Shown here piece after piece: positions 9,224 to 18,535 of a stretch of DNA of 64,000 nucleotides. Positions within the stretch are counted from its first letter, which is position 1, and the number at the start of each line of letters is the position of its first letter. The position numbers were made by a program, and so were the translations under genes. The notes under the pieces are model-generated. The model searched no databases. It was not told where the DNA came from and saw only the letters and a program-made list of their open reading frames with translations. Source of the stretch: Anaeromyxobacter sp. (lineage in GTDB: Bacteria > Myxococcota > Myxococcia > Myxococcales > Anaeromyxobacteraceae); NCBI GenBank assembly GCA_049840735.1, contig JASGJN010000020.1, forward strand, positions 800,001-864,000. The letters are read 5' to 3'.

Positions 9224-10482
9224 GCGATGGTACCCACGAACGACCGCAACTCGTTCAAGCCCCGCCGAACCACGTCGACGTATAGCGCTCGCTGAGCGGT
9301 GTCACTCGGCAGCGGCCCGGACGCGACAGTCCAGCGTTCGAGATCGCGCTGTTTCAGCGCCGCGGTAGCGAGGCGGACGGCAAGCACGTCGTCGTTGCTT
9401 CCTTCGACGGCCAGGTTCACAGCGTAGTACGGGGTCTTGTCCTTCACGGCCGCGTAATCCATCGCCGCGCGACGAATGAGGCAAGGCACGCAGCGGCCGC
9501 ACTGCTTGTTCAGCCGCTTCCCCTTCCCGCACGAGTACGACAGGTGCGCGAGCTTCCTAATCCTGTCGTCACCGCATGCCTTGAGCATCTCGCCCTTCGT
9601 CTTGCTGCCGTACGGGTTCAAGATCTTCGCTTCGATGCCGACAGCATCAAGAACCTTCTGTATGGAGCCGATGAAGTACGGATGCGTCGTTCTCGTGCTC
9701 AGGCTCCCCAGTCGGCGATACGTGAGCGGCGGGTTGATAGCGATGAGCCCGTTCTCGGGCACGTACACAGTCACGGGCGCACCGATGTCCGCGACGAGCG
9801 CGCTGGCCGCGAGCGCGCCATAAGAAATGAACAGCAGGGAGCGCGCTCTGCACGACGGCTCATATGGTGGCTTGAACCGTTCCCGCACCCGCCCCTCGAA
9901 CCGGTGCGCTCCGAGGCCGATTGCAGTCGCAAGCTCCGCCTGCACACCACCCTCCTTCGGCGACGCCTGACTGACAAGAAGAGGGGACCTGCCCTTCGCG
10001 ACGAGATCAAGCGCTCCGATGAGGCTATCCATCCCACCCGAGAACAGGCATACGCAGTCGCGGTCAGTATTCGTTTGCTTGACGTCCGGCGGTCCGATGC
10101 CGCCATCTTTGAAAGACACCCTCCAGATGTCCCCTGTCAAGAACGTGAGTGCGTCCGCCAGCGCGCGCCCATGCGCGTTCCACGGGGCTGGTTCCATGAG
10201 CTCGACCGTCAGGTCGATCTCGCGCGTCCAGCCGTCGGCCGCTTCGTTGCGCAACACGAACCGATCTGCGGCGAAGACCGAGAGCGCGAAGGACAGGAAG
10301 TCCCATGCCCGAACGCTCGGGGCACGCGGTAACTGCTTCGTCGACTTCAGCAGCCATTTGCCCAACCCAGGCAAGCGCTCCGTTCCCGTGTTGTAGAGCG
10401 CGACGGGGACACCCCCCTGTGCCTTTGCGGCCGCCTTCGCACGCGCGCGGTCGGGCCCTGCGTACACGCGGGTCAGCGCCAT
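9214..10482 (-). CDS. qatC: QatC, QueC-like protein of the Qat system
   Basis: CLFSGGMDSLIGA PP-loop, VYVPENGLIAINPPL...RLGSLSTRTTHP, NPYGSKTKGEM, SCGK...CGRCVPCLIRR. Confidence 0.93.
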   Translation of the reverse strand: MALTRVYAGPDRARAKAAAKAQGGVPVALYNTGTERLPGLGKWLLKSTKQLPRAPSVRAWDFLSFALSVFAADRFVLRNEAADGWTREIDLTVELMEPAPWNAHGRALADALTFLTGDIWRVSFKDGGIGPPDVKQTNTDRDCVCLFSGGMDSLIGALDLVAKGRSPLLVSQASPKEGGVQAELATAIGLGAHRFEGRVRERFKPPYEPSCRARSLLFISYGALAASALVADIGAPVTVYVPENGLIAINPPLTYRRLGSLSTRTTHPYFIGSIQKVLDAVGIEAKILNPYGSKTKGEMLKACGDDRIRKLAHLSYSCGKGKRLNKQCGRCVPCLIRRAAMDYAAVKDKTPYYAVNLAVEGSNDDVLAVRLATAALKQRDLERWTVASGPLPSDTAQRALYVDVVRRGLNELRSFVGTIAWL

Positions 10483-11324
10483 CTCGCCATCTCCTCTTCG
10501 ACCACCTCAACAAGCCTCCTCACCAGCGCCGTCATAGAGGCGGGAGTGAGTGAGTCGCCCCAGCTGTCCATCACCTCACCGCCAACCGCCTGCGCAGCTT
10601 CGTGGATGACCTCACGGATGTCGTTCTCACGTTGCACCGCAGCCGCGGGACTTGCGGCGCCTGCAAGTGCTCGTCCCGCATCGCCGGCCACAGCGACGAA
10701 GACGAGCTCCGCAGCCAGAGCGAGGGTTGCGATCCGAATCGCATTTGCGTCCAGTGCGGTGGGGTCGAAGACATCGACCCCCTCCAGCGCAGTCGCAAGC
10801 GCCTCCCCTACAGCGATCCGCGCCCATTCGTCGTCAAGAATGCCGGGGGGGCAAAACGCATCGACGATCCGCGACACCGCGGCGTCCGCTGGGAGCCCCA
10901 CGAGCGTTCGGACATCGACAGGGGCGCCCAGAATCGGTGGCAACCCAGCGACAGCCCGCGATACGCCGGCGAGAGCGGCGCCAGCGCGACTTGCGGCTCG
11001 AGCGACGCGCCGGCTTCCAGTGTGCGCTCCGCCGGACGCGTGCGCCCATGAGCCGAGCGCCCGCCGCGCGTCGGCTCGAGATCCCGTGCGCGCGCAATGC
11101 CGCAGCGAGATGCGAAACCCGGAGAAGCGCCGCGGCTCGGCTTCCGGGGCAGGTCCGTCCGACTCAGGTCCTTGTTCCGCCGGGCCCGGCGGTTGCGAGG
11201 CGCCTTCTCCGCCGCCCTGATCCTCACCGACATCTGGAGGCGGCATGCTGCCTCCGCCTTCCGCCCAGGGCGGCACGAGAGGCGAACCAGGCCGAGCGTC
11301 TCTCTTCGATTGCGATGTCCCCAT
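10473..11324 (-). CDS. qatB: QatB, Qat system associated protein
   Basis: MGTSQS...SPLVPPWA N-terminus; position between qatA and qatC. Confidence 0.88.
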   Translation of the reverse strand: MGTSQSKRDARPGSPLVPPWAEGGGSMPPPDVGEDQGGGEGASQPPGPAEQGPESDGPAPEAEPRRFSGFRISLRHCARTGSRADARRALGSWAHASGGAHTGSRRVARAASRAGAALAGVSRAVAGLPPILGAPVDVRTLVGLPADAAVSRIVDAFCPPGILDDEWARIAVGEALATALEGVDVFDPTALDANAIRIATLALAAELVFVAVAGDAGRALAGAASPAAAVQRENDIREVIHEAAQAVGGEVMDSWGDSLTPASMTALVRRLVEVVEEEMARWR

Positions 11325-11340
11325 CTGACAACTCCACCCG

Positions 11341-13083
11341 CTACTTTCGCAGGAAGCCCGTCAGCCTAAATGCTGATGCGTCGCCCTTGTTGATCGTCAC
11401 GGGGAGAGTCTCCACATACGCGCGAAGCTCGGCCTCGCACTCAGGAGCCGATTTCGCCAGGATGATCGCGCCATGAACCCCCTGGACGCGCTTCGACCAC
11501 TCCGCCTGACGCATCGCGCGGATAAGTTCGGTCATCACGATGACTCGGTCGGCTGGCGCAAGTTCCTCCGCTATCCTCGCTGCAGCTGGGGAAGCGACGG
11601 AATCGACCAGCAGTAGAGCGTCGATGGCCTGCCGTACGGCTTCCGTGATCCCGGCGCGCGGGAGCGCGGGCGCCATGACATCGCGGCTCAAGAAGACTGC
11701 CGGCTTCAGGTCAATCTTGTCATCGAACGGAGGATCCATCCCTCGCCACCGCTCGACGAACGCCTCGAACTTCTTCCACTCCGGCGGCAGCTCAGCCTGA
11801 TTCTTATCAGTTGCTGGCGCGAGCACCTCTGTGCCCGTCCCCGTCATGACGATTCGGTAGAGCGCGAGCGTCGCCGCCTCGTCCGTGCCGCGCTCGAACA
11901 CAGCGAGCTTTGCAAGCGTTGCAAGGTCGACGGCCATTCCTCTGCTCGCAGCAAGCTCAGCGCGCAGCATGATCGAGTTCAGAAGTCGCTTCACGATCCG
12001 TGGGTTGCCCTGAATAGCGGGCGCGGACACAAGCATCGGCGCGAGCTGATCGGCAACGCTGAGTTGGTCCAACATGCCACCCGGCTTTCCGGCCAACTCG
12101 TCGATGTCCTTTCTGGTGAACGTCGCGCCTCGCCAGGCGTTCTGAAGCGATGACATCAGTACCGACTGCACGTCCTTGAGCTTGCCAGGAGCCTTCAGCG
12201 AGACAAACAGCGAGAACATGTACGCGCGAAGATCTTCGGGCCCCACCTGCGGCACACGAAGCGGAACTTGGATGACCTTGTCCAAGTAGTCGCGGATGTG
12301 AGGGGCCTCCGGATCGCTGAAATGCTTGGCGACCGAGTGTCGAATCATGCCCTCGTCAGCAGCAATCACAAAGGCCGTTCGCGGCATGAACAAGAACAGG
12401 CGCATAGCCTCCAGCGTGCCGATGGCGACGTCGGGCAGGCATCTGTCCAAGTTGTCGACGAATAGCACAAGAGTTCGGTCCGACTCCTCGAGGACTTCGC
12501 CAAACTCTTTGCGGAACAGGTGAATCTGCTTGGGCGGGGTCTTCTTCTTCTCCGGCTTGATTAAAGCCTGCGCCTGGGACTTTGCCGATGAGGCACCCTG
12601 CTTCAGTGCCTCGTAGTCTGCCGGCTTTCCCTCGCCGGACCCCAGCGCAGCGAGCGAATGGATGGCCGACCCCACCGGGAGAGGCACGCCGGTGGCGACA
12701 CTAGCCCCGAGATCAACCGCAAGCGCAATCGCGCGAAAATAGTTCACTCGCTTCGCGAGCTTGAGCGCCTTCTTGTACAGCGGCGTGTCCTTCTCGAGCT
12801 GAGCGAGCAACTTTGCCGCGACGACCTCCATCAACGCGGCGCGAGCGTCATCAAACCCCTGATACAGCCAAGCATCAAAAGTAATGACGAGCGGCTTCGA
12901 CTTACCCACCGATGACAGCCGCGCCTGAACTAGCTGAAGGACTGTCGACTTCCCCGTCCCCCAGCCTCCGAACACTCCAACCGATATCGGGAGCAGTTCG
13001 GGTTTTGTGACCAGCGCCGCGATCTGGTCGGCGACTTCAGTAAAGTTCAGGAAGTCCTGGTCGGCCTCGCTGTCTCGCCACAT
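11341..13083 (-). CDS. qatA: QatA, KAP-family P-loop NTPase of the Qat system
   Basis: MWRDSEADQDFLNF start, Walker A GGWGTGKS, FDAWLYQGFDDARAAL, Walker B LFVDNLDRCLP, DYLDKVIQVP, GNPRIVKRLLN. Confidence 0.93.
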   Translation of the reverse strand: MWRDSEADQDFLNFTEVADQIAALVTKPELLPISVGVFGGWGTGKSTVLQLVQARLSSVGKSKPLVITFDAWLYQGFDDARAALMEVVAAKLLAQLEKDTPLYKKALKLAKRVNYFRAIALAVDLGASVATGVPLPVGSAIHSLAALGSGEGKPADYEALKQGASSAKSQAQALIKPEKKKTPPKQIHLFRKEFGEVLEESDRTLVLFVDNLDRCLPDVAIGTLEAMRLFLFMPRTAFVIAADEGMIRHSVAKHFSDPEAPHIRDYLDKVIQVPLRVPQVGPEDLRAYMFSLFVSLKAPGKLKDVQSVLMSSLQNAWRGATFTRKDIDELAGKPGGMLDQLSVADQLAPMLVSAPAIQGNPRIVKRLLNSIMLRAELAASRGMAVDLATLAKLAVFERGTDEAATLALYRIVMTGTGTEVLAPATDKNQAELPPEWKKFEAFVERWRGMDPPFDDKIDLKPAVFLSRDVMAPALPRAGITEAVRQAIDALLLVDSVASPAAARIAEELAPADRVIVMTELIRAMRQAEWSKRVQGVHGAIILAKSAPECEAELRAYVETLPVTINKGDASAFRLTGFLRK

Positions 13084-13389
13084 GGTCGGTGAACGTAGCA
13101 CGCAGCGTCGACATCAAGCACAACTGTGTATGCGACAGGGTGTCGTGATCTCGGCGGATGGGCGACAGCACCCCGCCACACCTTCATTCACGGTAAGATC
13201 GAACCGCAGCAACGATGCCGCTGCGGTTCACGCCCACTCGGTCACTGGCCGCATCCGCCCGGCTCCAAGGCCGCAATCGATTTCCCGGCGCCTCCACCAC
13301 TCAACTACCGGAGAACATAGGGGCCCGCGCAAGCGAGCTTCTTCGTGTCCCCCACGTCTCTCCCGTCCTCTCCGTCTCCTGTTCGCCGG

Positions 13390-13605
13390 CGATCGAGGAG
13401 CCGGATCGCGGCGTCCTTCGCCCCAGGCAACAGGATGCATGCAGCGCATCGTCTTCGTCAGGTTGGGGCGCCCCGCCAGTTCCTGAATCGCCTCCGCGGG
13501 CGGGCCATGCATCGCGAGGCGCCACCAGAACGAGTGGCGCAGGACGTGGACCCGCCTTTCACCGGCAGCGCTGCCTGGCGCTGCGCCTGTTCCATCCAGC
13601 GACAG
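13390..13605 (-). pseudogene. Tyrosine integrase C-terminal remnant
   Basis: VHVLRHSFWWRLAMHGPPAEAIQELAGRPNLTKTMRCMHP matches HxLRH...LGH...T.RY with His->Arg and catalytic Tyr->Cys; frameshifted. Confidence 0.8.
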
Positions 13606-13638
13606 ACGAGCGTGTTCGTCGGTGCGGAACTGTTGATG

Positions 13639-13923
13639 CTAGCGGCGGAAAATGCCGTTCGGATCGTTCACGACCCGGCCGCTGGAGTCTCGTTCAACGC
13701 CGACCATACGATCGAACACGGCGCGCATCTCCGGAGGAAGCGCCTCCTTCTTCTTCCTCTCGTCGGCCACGTGGAACCGCCAGCCTAAAAAGAACGCGAC
13801 GCCTAGCGTGCCGACGCCGCCGATCGCGGCCCACAACACTGAGAACACGCTGTCAGTTGCGTATCCGCCGGCGAAGCCGCCGAGCACCGCCCCTACGAGC
13901 AACGTGATGACCACCGGTCCCAT
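13639..13923 (-). CDS. Small two-TM membrane protein (94 aa)
   Basis: GGGGAGG RBS; two Gly-rich hydrophobic segments followed by a charged tail. Confidence 0.65.
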   Translation of the reverse strand: MGPVVITLLVGAVLGGFAGGYATDSVFSVLWAAIGGVGTLGVAFFLGWRFHVADERKKKEALPPEMRAVFDRMVGVERDSSGRVVNDPNGIFRR

Positions 13924-14050
13924 TTGCGCCTCCCCTGTCTCTCAGATGATATCACCAGCATACCAGCCGATCGGACACGAACACATGACGTGCGACATCG
14001 TTCGTGCGCTAATATTCCGGGCCGAACGCAGTCGTACTCCGGGGGTGAGG

Positions 14051-15403
14051 ATGGCTGACGCGCCGATTCACGAGTTCGAGAAGGTTCGGTTCTTCGCGGA
14101 GCACCTCGAGACCAAGGGCCAGCGAGTTGAGTATTCGCGGATCCGCTCCCTCGACTTCGCGCGCATCACGCAGAATTCGTCCGGCCAGGCGCACCACCAG
14201 ACGATCCTTCTGGTCGAACTTACGGACGGGTCGAAGCCTGTCGAATTCTCGGTGGTCCCGAACCGCTCGATCTTCGGGGGAGACGACTACGACGCGCGAG
14301 CCGGCGCGCTCGACGCGCTCCATACTTTCCTGGCTCGCGCGACCTATGACCAGCGACTCCGGTATTACCTCACGGAGCTAAGCGAACGCGGGTACTTCAC
14401 GTACGGCGACAAGCGATTCCATCCTGACGGAACTGTCGCGCTCGAGAACGGCCGCACGGTCTCCGTCACCGAGCACGCGCTCTCGGTTCAGCCCCACAGC
14501 ATCACGATCGAGATACCGGCGGCCAAGAAGGGACTTCAGCGATTCAAGGACTTTTGGGACTCACCAAGAGTCCAGATCCTCGCGTTCACGAACAACGACT
14601 GCATGATGGCGCTTCTCAAGCTCGTCTACGGCATCCAGTGGTTCAAGATGGATGACCTCCGGTTCGGGGCAACGAGTTTGCGAAAGCCCGGCGAGACCAC
14701 CAGGCCACCTGACCACGTACTCTTCAGCTCACCGGCACCGAGGAACCGTTCTGGGTCCGAGGCCGCTACTGATTTCCGAAACGTTGACTCAGAGCGGGTG
14801 CTCGACGCCTGCAAGGCGATGGCCGCGCACCTCGCTGACTTCGCCGCTCCACGAGTTCAGGCCTCGAAGCTGCAGTGGGGGTTCGGGTACCAGATGCTCG
14901 ACGTGAAGAGCCCCGAGGCCGTCCAGGCTTTCGCGAAGTGCCTGCCCGAATCGGCATTCCTCGGTTACTCCTTCGGCGTGCTGTGTATGCTCGCCTGCGT
15001 TCACCTGCCGGCATTCCCGGGGACCGAGGGGTATCAGAAGGCGCGAACCCTCGTCGGGACGGAACTGTGGTACCGGATGCTCGACGGGCTTCCGAAGCTC
15101 GTCCATACAGCCATGGGCGAGAAGCTGACGGAGATGATGGTTCGCACAGCCATCGCGGAGATCGACGCGGCGTTCAAGAACGTTCAGGAGTGTGCCGGCC
15201 TCATGAACGCGCATGCGGACAACCCGCTCGCGCCTCTGCAACGGGCACTCGCGAAGCGCACGGGCCTTTGGGTAGCGGACGACGCGGTAAACCTCGACCG
15301 GTCGCTCCACGACGAAACCAAGAACCTACTCGCACTGGGTGCTGGCGTCCTGGGGGTCCCGGTGAGCCCCTCGGCAGCGAAGTCGGCCAGCTTCGGCCGT
15401 TAG
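14051..15403 (+). CDS. Hypothetical protein (~450 aa, two-domain)
   Basis: GGTGAGG before ATG at 14051; protein-like composition; beta-rich N-half and helical C-half; stop codon overlaps that of the convergent ORF. Confidence 0.7.
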   Translation: MADAPIHEFEKVRFFAEHLETKGQRVEYSRIRSLDFARITQNSSGQAHHQTILLVELTDGSKPVEFSVVPNRSIFGGDDYDARAGALDALHTFLARATYDQRLRYYLTELSERGYFTYGDKRFHPDGTVALENGRTVSVTEHALSVQPHSITIEIPAAKKGLQRFKDFWDSPRVQILAFTNNDCMMALLKLVYGIQWFKMDDLRFGATSLRKPGETTRPPDHVLFSSPAPRNRSGSEAATDFRNVDSERVLDACKAMAAHLADFAAPRVQASKLQWGFGYQMLDVKSPEAVQAFAKCLPESAFLGYSFGVLCMLACVHLPAFPGTEGYQKARTLVGTELWYRMLDGLPKLVHTAMGEKLTEMMVRTAIAEIDAAFKNVQECAGLMNAHADNPLAPLQRALAKRTGLWVADDAVNLDRSLHDETKNLLALGAGVLGVPVSPSAAKSASFGR

Positions 15404-16032
15404 TAGAAGCGGAGACGTGCTTCCCACTGCAGCGCGGAAGCACGGTCAGATGCTTCCCTCCGAACGGCTTCAAGCGCCCCGGGCCGGTAACGGTAGCTCG
15501 AGCACCGACTGTTGTAATCCTGGACGTACCTGTTGAACGTATCAACCCGGCCATTGTTGGTCACCAGCGGCTTCATGTATCCGATCCGCTCGTCCTCGAA
15601 GATGCAGTAGCGGAGTTCGCTTATCGAGAGTGACCTCCCAGACCCGACGGGCGGCTTCGTTTCCGTGGAATCCGACCTACCGTACGAGGATCGCACCCCG
15701 TCCCCGGAGTTCCCAGAAGAACTCGCCGGAGACGAGTACGACGCGCTGCCGGAGCTCGCGGTGTATCGGCTCGGTTTTGTGCTCGCCGTGTCGCACATCC
15801 AGACCAAAGCCGCGATACCCCCAACGACCCACACCTTGGCAGGGATCGCGCCAAGCAGTGCTGCCAGCCCCCCAGAGCCGTTCGCTGCGGGTCGCGGGGA
15901 TGGGGCCGGGGTCCGCGGTATCGGAGGCGGCGGTGCGCGGGCGGCCCGCTCTGCCGCATCCACGTCAGCAGCAACGTCGGACACCAGGTCAGCGAGCCCA
16001 GAGAAGCCAACGGGATCCGAGGAGCCGCTCAT
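15400..16032 (-). CDS. Single-pass membrane protein with a C-terminal two-Cys domain (gene 5 of Hsp70 operon)
   Basis: GFSGLADLVSD N-terminus, Pro linker, TM VWVVGGIAALVWMC, Ser linker, ELRYC...FNRYVQDYNSRCSSYRYR; starts 4 bp after the upstream stop. Confidence 0.75.
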   Translation of the reverse strand: MSGSSDPVGFSGLADLVSDVAADVDAAERAARAPPPPIPRTPAPSPRPAANGSGGLAALLGAIPAKVWVVGGIAALVWMCDTASTKPSRYTASSGSASYSSPASSSGNSGDGVRSSYGRSDSTETKPPVGSGRSLSISELRYCIFEDERIGYMKPLVTNNGRVDTFNRYVQDYNSRCSSYRYRPGALEAVRREASDRASALQWEARLRFY

Positions 16033-16036
16033 GAGG

Positions 16037-17098
16037 TCACCTCAACTTCCCTTGCCGCATGAGTTCCGCGAGCAACGCCGCGTTCGAAGGCACGTTCGCC
16101 ATCCTGTCCAGGGTTGCGATGTCGTTGTCTAGGAACTCGACGACGCGGGGGACCTCGGCGAAGACGGCGCGGAGCATCGAGGTCAGCCTCCGAGCGGCCC
16201 ATAGCATCGCATGCTCGTTATGTAGATCGACGGCTGTCGAGCGAACCCGGTTGACGAGCTGGATGCTCGGGGTGTGATCGATCCCCCTCGCCATCGCACT
16301 GAGCTGGATCGGTTGCGCCACCGCGTCCCAGTTTCGTACCACCTGCTCGATGCGTTCGATGAGACGATCGAGGGTTGCCCGCTGTGCTCCCTTCTTCGCC
16401 GCCGAAGTGAGAGCGCCGAGTAGCTGGCCGACGGCCACTGACTCGAGTTCCAGGAACCGCGCCGCATCAACCTCGTACGAGTCAACGAACTGGTCGACGA
16501 GCAACGGCGCATGCTGGCGCCCCTTGCCGGTCGTGCGGTCCACAATCGCGGTCACCGTCTCTACGAGTTGACGGGTCGGCATGCGGTCGAGCGCGGTGCG
16601 CACCGCAGCTACATAGAACCTGCGCTGTTCTGCGATCGCCTCCTCAACGAGGTCCTGCTGCAGAACCTCGGGCATCTCCGCCGCGGCGCGGTCCTCGTTG
16701 ATTGCGTCGAACACCTCCTCAGGATCCGTCTCGTCGTGAGCGGTGGCGAGCGTGACGATCCATTCGACGGCAGCCCCCACGGGCATGGAAGTCGTGGTGA
16801 TCGCCAGAGCAGACGCCGCAAGATTCGCCATCGCCAACGGAGGCAAGCCGTTCGCGCGGACAGCGGAAGCGGTGGCCAGATCGCGGACTAGGTTCGTGCA
16901 ACTCTCTGGATCCACCCCCGGTAGCCAGCTCACCTCAACCGAAACACGCTGCCTCGGGTTGGTGAGATCCGCACGCGCCTTTGCGCACACGTCGGAGTCC
17001 ATCATCAGCGCGCGGTCCTCGGCGAGCTGCATGATGCGGCGGCGACTGTCTCTGGTAGTGGCACCGAGGAGGTGGAAGGGGTTCTCGCGTAGGTTCAT
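16037..17098 (-). CDS. Helical protein with an N-terminal J-domain-like region lacking HPD (gene 4)
   Basis: NPFHLLGATTRDSRRRI...AKARADLTNPRQR resembles J-domain helices I, II and III; ATGA overlap with the AAA gene. Confidence 0.7.
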   Translation of the reverse strand: MNLRENPFHLLGATTRDSRRRIMQLAEDRALMMDSDVCAKARADLTNPRQRVSVEVSWLPGVDPESCTNLVRDLATASAVRANGLPPLAMANLAASALAITTTSMPVGAAVEWIVTLATAHDETDPEEVFDAINEDRAAAEMPEVLQQDLVEEAIAEQRRFYVAAVRTALDRMPTRQLVETVTAIVDRTTGKGRQHAPLLVDQFVDSYEVDAARFLELESVAVGQLLGALTSAAKKGAQRATLDRLIERIEQVVRNWDAVAQPIQLSAMARGIDHTPSIQLVNRVRSTAVDLHNEHAMLWAARRLTSMLRAVFAEVPRVVEFLDNDIATLDRMANVPSNAALLAELMRQGKLR

Positions 17099-18535
17099 GG
17101 CGTCCTGAAGCCGATGGCCGTGGGCTTCGCGTCTTCCTTCGAACGAGATGGAGCGGACTCGAGCGCCGCCTCCAAGCTGCGGAGGTCGATGGTATCGAGG
17201 CCCCGCTTGGCTGCGAGTCTCGCGCCCTCCCGCACCACGAACGCCACATCCGAAAGCGGTCGGCCGACGAGCTTCACCGCAAGAGTTGTGACGTCGACCG
17301 CAATGCCACCTGGGATCCGGGACAGAACACTCGACAGTAGCGACCGGACCTCCAACTCACCTGGCATCCCGACTTCGATGACGTGGTCGAACCTGCCGCG
17401 GCGCAAAATCGCGGGGTCGATCATCTCGATCCTGTTCGTCATCCCGATGACCAGGACGCGGTTCTCGACAGCTTCAGGCATGCGGCGGAGAAACTCCGCA
17501 ACCTCTTCAACGTGATGAAGCCCCTGCCCACCGCCCGCCTGTCGATCCGACAGGAACGACTCCATCTCATCGATCACGATAACCGAGGGCGACGCCTTGA
17601 TCGCGTCGTCGAAGACCTTCGCGATCTTCCTGCCGGTTTCGTGGATGTACGGGCTGCCGATGGTGCTCGAATCGACGGAGAAGCTAGGCCAGCCGAGGTA
17701 CTCGATCAGCCGCTCGATCGCGAACGTCTTTCCCGATCCAGGTGGGCCGTACAACGCAACCGGCGCCGGGAACTGAAGCCCCAGCGGGGCGTAGCGACTC
17801 TCGTTGTCAATCAGGTCGATGACGTGTTCGAGGAAAAAGTTCTCGAGCGCAGCGCGTCCTGGCAGCGTGAATGGCTGACGGGACGGAGAACCGGTGGGGC
17901 CAGCCTTGGGCTGCTTCCCACCACCCTCCGAGCCGGCGTTCACGAGGGTACCGCCGGCGCCGGGAACTGTGTCGGCAGCAGCGAAGCCCGCCGCATCAAG
18001 AACGCTCTTCAAGTCAGGGGTAGTCAGTCGTCCGACTAGCGAGACTAGTCGTCTGAACGACGTCGTCGAGACCCGAACTCCGCCGGTCAGCCACATCCCG
18101 AGCACTACGTCATCCGATAGCGCTGGGGCGAGGGACCAGGTCGGCAGCAGCCGCGAGATCCGCTCCACGTAGAGAGCGTCATGCAGCGGCGCATCCCGCG
18201 TGATGCGACGTGTCTCGTAAAAGGCGATGGCGAAGCTCATCGCCTCGGCCTTGTTCCACGGCCCTCGGGACTCCACTACGGGGCACACCACCTGATTTGC
18301 TGAACTCTCGAAGAAGGCGATCTGCTCGCCGGCAAACGATACGTAGCGAGGCGCAACTTGATCGAGCAGCCTTGCATCGGTCCATCGCTGCAGTAGTGCC
18401 TTCCGGACAACCAGCGCGCGTCCGCCTGAGCTTGTCTCGTACACCTGCCACCCGGGGCCCTCGAAGAGGGCCCGGCGAGACGTGTTGCCCTGTTCCAGCC
18501 GAAACCCTGAAGGCAACCAAGGATTCGATGGCCAT
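17095..18535 (-). CDS. AAA+ ATPase (classical FtsH/CDC48-like module) with an uncharacterised N-domain (gene 3); +1 indel at ~18524
   Basis: Walker A GPPGSGKT, Walker B VIVIDEME, SRH GMTNRIEMIDPAILRRGRFD; ATG at 18535 overlaps the Hsp70 stop (TGATG); removing one base gives MAIDPWLPSGFRL. Confidence 0.88.
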
